From a virus (taxonomy: Duplodnaviria; Caudoviricetes), in IMG/VR virus record IMGVR_UViG_3300046012_000485, positions 1 through 41,196 of that record: a stretch of DNA of 41,196 nucleotides. One strand, written 5' to 3'. The position numbers and the translations under genes were made by a program. This document shows positions 28,339-35,403 of this stretch, in pieces (position 1 is the first letter of the stretch; each line of letters begins with the position of its first letter). A model generated the notes under the pieces. It ran no database searches. It was not told the DNA's origin and saw only the letters and a list, made by a program, of their open reading frames with translations.

Positions 28339-29015
28339 TCGGAAATTTCCAGTTCAACGTGAACCGGGCCCACGTCTTCCTCGTCAATATCCTCGACGGG
28401 AAGCGGCGCCGGCTTGGAGCCGATGTGAAGAATTTCGATGTCGCCCTCTTTCCAGGTAAAGCGATCGTCCGGCTCCTCATCCTGGGCCAACGGCTCCAGA
28501 TAGTTCGCGATCGAGGTCAGGACCCGCTTTACGCCGGGATGCAGGGGGGATGGGAGCAGCTCGCCGAGCGGCGCCCAGCAGAAGCCCGAATGCTCAAAGT
28601 TGAGTGAGGGTGTGAACTTGTTTTCCACCGGCTTGATGAAAGTGGAGAAGCTGAAGCCGAACGGGGTCAGAACTTGGTCCACCAGGACGGGCTCAGCTCC
28701 TGCTGGAGCGTGCCCAATTTCCTCGTGGGCCTCGCGCTCGGCCGCCTCTAAAGCGGTCTCACCGTGTTCCGCCTTGCCACCTGGCAGCGCCCAGTGGCCG
28801 GCATAGTTGCGCTCCTCGTTTGACCGGCGTAGCATAAGCACGTCGCCGTCCGGAGCCACGAAGATAATGCCGGCCGCCAGGTAGGGCTTGGAGTCGCTGG
28901 CCTGGTCGGCGCGAACGAACTCCTCACCAACATGCTGGGGCACGCCGCTAAAGCCGCCGGCGTGGTGCGCGGCAGCTTCCATGAGACGATGCTGGGCAGG
29001 CGAAACGGACGGCAT
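28335..29015 (-). CDS. Nudix hydrolase
   Basis: Complete Nudix box GGKAEHGETALEAAEREAHEEIG; EHSGFCW, PLHPGV. Confidence 0.9.
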   Translation of the reverse strand: MPSVSPAQHRLMEAAAHHAGGFSGVPQHVGEEFVRADQASDSKPYLAAGIIFVAPDGDVLMLRRSNEERNYAGHWALPGGKAEHGETALEAAEREAHEEIGHAPAGAEPVLVDQVLTPFGFSFSTFIKPVENKFTPSLNFEHSGFCWAPLGELLPSPLHPGVKRVLTSIANYLEPLAQDEEPDDRFTWKEGDIEILHIGSKPAPLPVEDIDEEDVGPVHVELEISE

Positions 29016-29024
29016 AGAACTCCT

Positions 29025-29627
29025 TCAGCGAAATGGTGGGCCAGAGACCCAGGCCACGATTGATTTGCGAATGCCCTGCGTAACTGGTGTTACGCGATGA
29101 AGCATATAAGACGGAAAGGCGATGATGGTGCCGCGCTTCTTCTCGCAGGTCGTAATCGCGTTGACGCCTTCCATGATCTGAAGCTCGCCGCCGCTATACT
29201 TCTTCGGATCGGTGAGCTGCACCGAGATGGATAGCTTGCGGGGTGAGTAGCTGTTTGAACCGGCGTCTATGTGCCAGTCGTAATGCGCACCCTTGTCGTA
29301 GACGCTGTATTGCAGGTCCTCAACGAAGCCCGTTAGAGCAAAGTTGTAGAAGTTGACGTTCAAGCGCTGCACAGCTCCACCGAGCATGTCATATAACTCG
29401 CGCGTTCTGTCCTCATAGGCAAGCCACGCTACCTTGGTCATCCGCAGCTTCTTGGGCGCCGGCTTGGACGGATCGTTGCCGACCGTTGCGGTCTTCAATA
29501 CCAAGCTGTCGCCGAGCTTCTCGATAAGGTCGAGCTGGCTGTCTGTGAAGACGTTTTCCCAGAAGTAATATGGCTTATCCGCACGCCCAGGTGGGTGCTG
29601 GATCGGGACGAAGTCGTAGCGGCTCAT
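29025..29627 (-). CDS. 2OG-Fe(II) oxygenase, prolyl-hydroxylase-like
   Basis: HYDWHID (HxD), RKLS, YSGGEL, FPS..LHRVTPV..G.RKSIVAW. Confidence 0.9.
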   Translation of the reverse strand: MSRYDFVPIQHPPGRADKPYYFWENVFTDSQLDLIEKLGDSLVLKTATVGNDPSKPAPKKLRMTKVAWLAYEDRTRELYDMLGGAVQRLNVNFYNFALTGFVEDLQYSVYDKGAHYDWHIDAGSNSYSPRKLSISVQLTDPKKYSGGELQIMEGVNAITTCEKKRGTIIAFPSYMLHRVTPVTQGIRKSIVAWVSGPPFR

Positions 29628-30349
29628 TTGACTTCGCGCCGTACGTAGTCGCGGTAATGGCTCTCATGCGCGGTACGCTGGCGGCGCAGCAGCGCCGTGG
29701 ACTTCGCCTCCTTCACCGTCTGCTTGCGGAAGACGCCTTGGGGAAGGAATGAATCCTTCCTGACGGGGATCACCTGGACAAGCGGCGTGCCCTTTTCAAT
29801 GACGCCGTTAAAGTTGTCCTTGAGCATCAAGAAGGGGAAGTTCACATACTCGCGCTCGGCATATGGCGAGTCCACTAAGCCTGGGAGGCATCTGAACCGC
29901 TTGTCCTCGCGCTCCAACGGCGAGATGAACAGCAGTGAATACTCTTTGGGCACCTTAATGAACCAGTAGTTCATGAATTTCATTGGCTGGCGAGGAGCCA
30001 TCGGGTGCGGCACCTTGGCGCCGCTGACCTGCCTGAGAGCGTGGTATTCAATCATAGGCTTCGTCTCAGAACCGAAAGTCGAACGCCACGGCGCGAAGGA
30101 GCCATCCTCACTGGTGGTAATGTGGACGTCCGCTCCTAGCGGGATCAACCAACCCGCCGTCATCGCGTCCAGAAAAGGCATGCAGCGCTTGATAGTGCTA
30201 TCACCAAAGGCGTTCTCACCGAGCTTAGGCGGCAGCGACTTGAACCACGTCGGCAGATGCTTGGTCGCCGGCACCGGCTTCGCGATCACGTCCCAGTCTT
30301 CCTCGACGCAGAAGAACTCGATGACGTCGCCAGTCTTTGCTTTTTTCAT
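29624..30349 (-). CDS. DUF6065-like / possible dUTPase-like-fold protein (241 aa)
   Basis: LPTWFK, TIKRCMPFLDAM, KFMNYW, VNFPF, KGTPLVQVIP; ATGA overlaps at both ends. Confidence 0.55.
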   Translation of the reverse strand: MKKAKTGDVIEFFCVEEDWDVIAKPVPATKHLPTWFKSLPPKLGENAFGDSTIKRCMPFLDAMTAGWLIPLGADVHITTSEDGSFAPWRSTFGSETKPMIEYHALRQVSGAKVPHPMAPRQPMKFMNYWFIKVPKEYSLLFISPLEREDKRFRCLPGLVDSPYAEREYVNFPFLMLKDNFNGVIEKGTPLVQVIPVRKDSFLPQGVFRKQTVKEAKSTALLRRQRTAHESHYRDYVRREVK

Positions 30350-31461
30350 ACCGGCCACGATACGGTTACATGGCCAGAGCTTGCGCCGGTTCCGACGACA
30401 ACAGATAAGACCTGGCCAGGCGAGACTGCGAGTGTAGTGTTGGTCGTAGCCGCGGTTCCGCCGGCGTTTCCTGGATTGCCGGCGCCGGCGCCAGAGCCGT
30501 TCGCGGCATTGCCGTTGGTCGCGGCGTTGAAGCCGCCAGGGTTGCCAGCGCCTCCTGGGTTGCCGCCACCGCCACCGCTACCTGGAGCGCCGCCGCCGCC
30601 AAGACCGCCAGAACCGCCACTGAGGCCGTTGTTATTGTTAGTGGTTTGACCACCCGCACCGCCGCCGCCACCGTTACCTGTCCCAAAGTCGGGAGAGCCG
30701 GTGTTGCCTGGAATGCCGCTCGCGTTGCCTGGAGAGCCGCCATTGCCGCCGCCACCACCCGTCGCGCCGCCTGGACCGCCTCCGCCGCCATTGCCACCGG
30801 CGCCGCCATTGCCGCCGAAGGAGTTACCAGCTATGCCCGGATTGGCTGAGCCAGGATTGCCGGCGCCGCCGCCAGTACCTGCGTTACCGCGTGAACCGCC
30901 TGGGAAAATTAGAACAACGCCGAAGGAAGAATCGTTACCCGCGGTTCCGTTTGACCCCGGGGTCCCAGCATTTCCGTTATTCGCCACGCCGGCATTGGCG
31001 TTGCCAGCTGCGTTTGGATTACCAGGTGCGCCGCTTCCGCCGCTATTTCCCGGACCACCGCTTGCACCACCAGTTCCAGCGTTGGCAGTACCGCTCGGAT
31101 ATACTCCGCCATTGCCCTGCGAGCCCGTGCCGGAGGGATCGCCACCGGGGTTGCCGGCAGTGCCGGCGTTGAGTGGAAGCCGCGCAACGCCACCACCACC
31201 TCCGCCGCCGCCGCCAGCTGTGAAGCCAGGTCCGCCTGCGTTGCCTGGAGTACCAGAGCCGCCCGTGTTGCCGGTCGTTCCTGGATTGGCATTGCCTGCC
31301 GTGCCGGTTCCATTGCCGCCAGGATTGCCGGCAGTACCAGGCGTTCCGTTACCGCCAGCTCCGTTTACCCCGACCTTATAGACCTGTGGAGTGATGAAAC
31401 TCCCAGGACCATTGAAGGTTACGGAGCCTGGAGCTGCTTGGCCCGCATAGGCGTGAACCAT
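30346..31461 (-). CDS. glycine-rich (G-x-x / GNPG) adhesin-like protein
   Basis: Roughly one third Gly with runs of GNP/GNA/GTP triplets, framed by beta-strand ends (VTFNGPGSF; VSPGQVLSVVVG..VTVSW). Confidence 0.75.
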   Translation of the reverse strand: MVHAYAGQAAPGSVTFNGPGSFITPQVYKVGVNGAGGNGTPGTAGNPGGNGTGTAGNANPGTTGNTGGSGTPGNAGGPGFTAGGGGGGGGGVARLPLNAGTAGNPGGDPSGTGSQGNGGVYPSGTANAGTGGASGGPGNSGGSGAPGNPNAAGNANAGVANNGNAGTPGSNGTAGNDSSFGVVLIFPGGSRGNAGTGGGAGNPGSANPGIAGNSFGGNGGAGGNGGGGGPGGATGGGGGNGGSPGNASGIPGNTGSPDFGTGNGGGGGAGGQTTNNNNGLSGGSGGLGGGGAPGSGGGGGNPGGAGNPGGFNAATNGNAANGSGAGAGNPGNAGGTAATTNTTLAVSPGQVLSVVVGTGASSGHVTVSWPV

Positions 31462-31462
31462 A

Positions 31463-31759
31463 TTAGGTTAGCCAGGTCTCGATAAACTGCGGGTCAGTTA
31501 TGAAGTGCAACGGCCACTTCCTGGGATCGGGCTCGTCTGCCTTAATCTCCATGAAAGTAACGAAGGGAATCGTCGCGTTGAACTGACCTTCCGCGAAGCT
31601 CCAGGTCCGCAACGGCCTATAGACCGTCTCGTGGCTGTGGCTCTCGCTGTTGTAGTAGAGCAAATTGTACTTGACGCCGAGCTCATCGAGCTGCGCCTTG
31701 AACGTTTCGCTGGCTGCGCTCTCGTCGCAGTAAAAGTCAATCGCGGTGATCTTTGCCAT
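31463..31759 (-). CDS. glutaredoxin-like-fold protein without CxxC
   Basis: IDFYC....S..FK.QLDELGVKY..TIPFV pattern. Confidence 0.45.
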   Translation of the reverse strand: MAKITAIDFYCDESAASETFKAQLDELGVKYNLLYYNSESHSHETVYRPLRTWSFAEGQFNATIPFVTFMEIKADEPDPRKWPLHFITDPQFIETWLT

Positions 31760-31760
31760 C

Positions 31761-32474
31761 TTATGTCGCCGTGTTGGGCGAAATCACGAAGCCCTCATAG
31801 CTCGTGCCGCCGTTAAAGGTCATGAAGCCATAAATCGTGCAGTTGTTCGCGGTCGCAGTCTCGGTCGGCTGCGTTCCACCCGGCCACTTGACCGCGGCTG
31901 GGAAGGTCGGCACGCGGCCGCCAGTCGCGTCCTGCTTGAAACGCACAATGAACTGATACATATAGCCGGCGTTGTTCGGGCAGGAGGCGAAGGTGAAGGT
32001 CGTGCTCAACGTGGCGGCAACGTCGAAGACCGCATTCGGGGAAAGCGTGAGCGGGGTGCTGGCGTTGTTGGCGTTGACCGAAGTCACCGCCGATGACTGA
32101 CCCTGCATGAGAACGTTGCCGAGCAGAGCTCCCGGTAAGGTGACGTTGCCGCTCTGATCTGCAACGATCGCGCTCTCTGCCGTTAGCGTGCAGTAGATAA
32201 ACACGTTGCCGGAGAAGACGACTGCCAGGTTCGAGTTGGTAGAACGCACCACCGTACGCGAGAGCGTGGCCGGCGAGCCGGCATTATACGTGACATAGCC
32301 CTCTTCCCAGGAGGCCGCGCCATCCCAGGCCGCGTACGGCACGGTATCCCCATTCACAATGTTCGGGATCGCTCCGAACAACGTATAGCCGATCACGGCA
32401 TTCTGGTCGGTGAAATTACCGCTACCCGGCGCCGTATTGGTGATGCGCACGCGATTGCCTAAGCGCAAGGTCAT
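31761..32474 (-). CDS. short fibre / adhesin-carrier protein
   Basis: N-terminal NRVRIT..G.G..WEEG..TLSR domain and C-terminal QDATGGR..FPAAVKWPGG..PT domain, both typical of phage fibres. Confidence 0.7.
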   Translation of the reverse strand: MTLRLGNRVRITNTAPGSGNFTDQNAVIGYTLFGAIPNIVNGDTVPYAAWDGAASWEEGYVTYNAGSPATLSRTVVRSTNSNLAVVFSGNVFIYCTLTAESAIVADQSGNVTLPGALLGNVLMQGQSSAVTSVNANNASTPLTLSPNAVFDVAATLSTTFTFASCPNNAGYMYQFIVRFKQDATGGRVPTFPAAVKWPGGTQPTETATANNCTIYGFMTFNGGTSYEGFVISPNTAT

Positions 32475-32488
32475 CTATTTGGGTTTCC

Positions 32489-32740
32489 CTAAAACTTTTG
32501 CCTGGCCTCAATGGCCACTGCGTCATCGTCCACGGTCGTAGCGAAGCTCCTGAGCAAGCGCAAAACACGCTCGCGGTCCTTCGCTGGAATTATGGTAGCG
32601 CCGAACTGGTTGCGCTTGAAGTCTTCCATGGCTTCTGCCATGATCGTTAAGCCTAGAGCGACTTGTGTCAGTGAACTTGCAGTTTTGAAAAGCTCTTGGT
32701 CATCAGGCATAGACACACGGATGTGCATTACCTGAGACAC
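32489..32740 (-). CDS. hypothetical protein (83 aa)
   Basis: ORF in operon orientation filling the gap; GGAAG before GTG. Confidence 0.55.
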   Translation of the reverse strand: MSQVMHIRVSMPDDQELFKTASSLTQVALGLTIMAEAMEDFKRNQFGATIIPAKDRERVLRLLRSFATTVDDDAVAIEARQKF

Positions 32741-33453
32741 CTTCCACGCATTTTCTCAAGCGGCGTGAGCTGCTCCAAAGAGCTGCCGAGATACTGGGGC
32801 TTGGAATAGGTCCGAGCGCGGATTATCGTCCAGGGATCGTTCGGATCGCGTTCCACACGGCGAACAGGCTCGTCAACAGGGGGCTTGTAGTGGTCCGAGT
32901 TCTGCGGCAGCCCGATCTTGCCAAGCACCTTCTCCTGGCGCTGCGCTTCCTTGAAGGCCTTCAGCTCGGCGCGCTCCTGGGCTCGTGCGGCGTGGTGAGC
33001 TGCCCACTTCTCTTCGCGGGCTCGCCTGGCTTCATCGCGCACAGCCTTGTCGGCGAGAGCCTTGGCGATACGCTCATCGCTCGTCTGCCGGCGCCTGGCC
33101 TGCTTGATCGAAAGCTGCTCGGGAGTCTTCAAGTAGTTCTGCGCAGCGACGGCTGCCTTTGCGGCGCGCGCTGCAAATCTCTTCTTGCGCTCTTCCGCGC
33201 GTAGGGCCTTCTTCTTTTCCGCTTCCGCGTTGTAGAGCGTGAAGGAAAAGCTCCTGGTCGGGCGCCACATGCCGCATACTTCCGGCGGGGCCAGCTCAAG
33301 AATGCCCTCGGCCTTAAGCGACTCAAGCGCCACGTCCAAAGTGGGGAAGGCGATGTTGCACAGCCGCGAGATGCTTTCGCGTGAGATGGCTACGCGGGCA
33401 CCTGGGGCCTTGAAGAAGTCAACGATCTTGGACTTGATGGCGGGTTGGGTCAC
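32728..33453 (-). CDS. basic protein, possible N-terminal winged helix plus coiled coil
   Basis: ISRESISRLCNIAFPTLDVALESLKAEGIL resembles a wHTH; Arg/Lys/Ala/Glu-rich helix follows. Confidence 0.5.
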   Translation of the reverse strand: MTQPAIKSKIVDFFKAPGARVAISRESISRLCNIAFPTLDVALESLKAEGILELAPPEVCGMWRPTRSFSFTLYNAEAEKKKALRAEERKKRFAARAAKAAVAAQNYLKTPEQLSIKQARRRQTSDERIAKALADKAVRDEARRAREEKWAAHHAARAQERAELKAFKEAQRQEKVLGKIGLPQNSDHYKPPVDEPVRRVERDPNDPWTIIRARTYSKPQYLGSSLEQLTPLEKMRGRCLR

Positions 33454-34049
33454 TAGGTGAGCTGTCCATTGTGAAGAAAGCCATGGTAATCGCCGGCCAT
33501 GATAGAGCCGGCGCCGGCCTGGCAGGTGTTTCCGTTCTTGTCGACGTGAAGCGTGCCGTCCTCGGGCTTGCCGTGGCGAACCCAGCAGCGATGTACATCG
33601 TCGTTGGGCATCGTGCAGTTCGAGGCGCGGCTGTCAATTGCCCAGTCACCGCCTGGCGTCTTCACGATAAGGTTGCGGCCGTCCGGCCCGACGCGAGGGT
33701 TGATGACGCCTTCGCGATACCAGGTGGCATCCCAGCAGGCGCCGATCGGCGCCGAGCCTAAGCCATCTATCACGCCGCCGGTATCCTGGCGAACGTAGAT
33801 GGGATGAAGACCACGTGACTGGTGATCGTCCTTCTGAAAGACATAGCCGCAAGAGCAGCTCTTAGGATAGAGCGCCGGATCGGCCTCTGCGTTGAAGACC
33901 TTCCTGGCATCCTCATACGTGCCGACAAAGGTCACTGTCTCAGCTCGGTGATAGTCACGGCCGTTGCAGCCGCCATGTCCATCTGATGTTGAACTATAAG
34001 TTACCTTGCCGCAGTTGTTGGGCGCACAGAAGAAGACCTTATAGCTCAT
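33453..34049 (-). CDS. Cys/His-rich protein with a DUF6527-like C-terminus
   Basis: CSCG zinc-ribbon-like motif; C..HRCW.RHG..SIMAGDYHGFLHNGQL. Confidence 0.55.
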   Translation of the reverse strand: MSYKVFFCAPNNCGKVTYSSTSDGHGGCNGRDYHRAETVTFVGTYEDARKVFNAEADPALYPKSCSCGYVFQKDDHQSRGLHPIYVRQDTGGVIDGLGSAPIGACWDATWYREGVINPRVGPDGRNLIVKTPGGDWAIDSRASNCTMPNDDVHRCWVRHGKPEDGTLHVDKNGNTCQAGAGSIMAGDYHGFLHNGQLT

Positions 34050-34405
34050 AGATGGAAGTCCTCATCGGTGAGAAAATCGGGAAGGTCGGGAAGCTCTACC
34101 GTCTGGCCCTTCAGCGCATGAACACAATCGCCGAGAAACTGCAGCTGGCCGCTTCTCAAGAAATAGTGGCAGCAATCGTCCAGCGCCTTGCCGTCCGGTC
34201 CGAGAATCCAGCCACCCTTCCAGCGGCCGAACTCATCCTTTGGCGTTTGCTTGCCGGTGATGAGCACGCTCGGTGAGAAGGTAGGCGACGCGAGGTTTCC
34301 GTCAAAGGTCCAGATATCGAAGATAACGTGGAGCTCCTTGCAGCCTGGGCACCAGTGGGCATAGCCCCGGCTGGTGCGCCTAAGCTTGGCGGAAACTTGG
34401 CCCAC
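34046..34405 (-). CDS. DUF6527-like metal-binding protein
   Basis: HWCPGC...H..WTFDGN...PTFSPSVL..CHYFLRSGQLQFLGDC.H.L.GQTV. Confidence 0.7.
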   Translation of the reverse strand: MGQVSAKLRRTSRGYAHWCPGCKELHVIFDIWTFDGNLASPTFSPSVLITGKQTPKDEFGRWKGGWILGPDGKALDDCCHYFLRSGQLQFLGDCVHALKGQTVELPDLPDFLTDEDFHL

Positions 34406-34607
34406 CGCTCAGCTCCCTTGCGTACTCTTCCAGCTTGCGTTCTCCCGACGACAGGCTTGACACCTCGTAGCGCTCGATATTCGTGAAGTTCTCGTTGTAG
34501 AGGAAATAAGCGTAGCCATGCTGGAAGTTGAAAGCGCGGCCGCGCACCTTGCCGTCCACCTTGAGCTCAATCATCGGACCGCAATAGGTCTCGTGATTTG
34601 TGAACAT
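34380..34607 (-). CDS. hypothetical protein (75 aa)
   Basis: ATG one base after the MuF stop; MFTNHETYCGP. Confidence 0.55.
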   Translation of the reverse strand: MFTNHETYCGPMIELKVDGKVRGRAFNFQHGYAYFLYNENFTNIERYEVSSLSSGERKLEEYARELSGGPSFRQA

Positions 34608-34608
34608 A

Positions 34609-35403
34609 TCAGAAGCCCTCCACAACCGGCTTGGCGACGCACCGGCAATTTATGAGTTCACCAGGGTGGATGAACTTCTTCTCGTGCGGATCGAACCAAC
34701 CAGTCTTCACATCAAACTCCTCACCCGAGTTGGCGAGATGTGTGGGCCTGGGCTCCTTGCCGCCGCCGGAGTGAAGCCAAACGGCGCGATTGACTCCGAG
34801 CTCCAGATAGCGGCTCCGCGACAGCGCGGCCGTCGCCTTGTTGTTCTGGTCACGAGCGATGAAAGAAGCCCGCTTGCGCGTGACGTGATAGCGCTTCTCC
34901 AAATCGTTGGTGAGCTGCTCCAGGTCTCGCCCGGTCTGCACGCTCCTCATCACCAGGCCCTCAACCTCGGTGAAATACTTCGAGGGAATGGACTTGATAA
35001 GCGACACGTTCTCCGCGATCGCCGCGTTGATGATGTCCCGCTGAGCCTGAGTCATGCGGAACTTCACGCTTATGCCAGCGTCGCGCAGGATGTTGCGCAG
35101 CTGCGTGGTAGAGCGTGACTCACTCTTCCTCATGAAATACTTGGCCAACTCCTTGGCGGCCTCGGAAAAGTTCTTCTCCCACCGGCTTCTCAGCTGGCGC
35201 AGCTTGCGATTGAGTGTGTGAGCCGGCAGCTCGTCCATCGCAAGCATGATGGGCTCGTTCTTCCGCCACTCGGCCTTCAACCAGTAATCCGTGCTCGCGG
35301 CCATCTCGGTAACGAGACGGTGGAGCTGGCGCCGATACCAAACCTGCAGGCCGCGATTGGGCCTAACGGGGTTGAGTATCCTAGACCTCTTGAGGTGGGC
35401 CAT
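34609..35403 (-). CDS. minor head protein (Mu gpF / SPP1 gp7-like)
   Basis: NVSLIKSIP, RA.FIARDQ..K, W.HS....PR..H, PGELINCRC; start moved to MAHLK. Confidence 0.9.
   Translation of the reverse strand: MAHLKRSRILNPVRPNRGLQVWYRRQLHRLVTEMAASTDYWLKAEWRKNEPIMLAMDELPAHTLNRKLRQLRSRWEKNFSEAAKELAKYFMRKSESRSTTQLRNILRDAGISVKFRMTQAQRDIINAAIAENVSLIKSIPSKYFTEVEGLVMRSVQTGRDLEQLTNDLEKRYHVTRKRASFIARDQNNKATAALSRSRYLELGVNRAVWLHSGGGKEPRPTHLANSGEEFDVKTGWFDPHEKKFIHPGELINCRCVAKPVVEGF

Noticed and set aside
30701-31381. Pro-rich, collagen-looking plus-strand ORF
   Set aside because: Mirror of the Gly codons of the minus-strand gene, which is the one coupled to its neighbours
34609-35403. MuF-fused polymorphic toxin
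   Set aside because: MuF ends right after NCRC with no extension; the ART is in a separate gene
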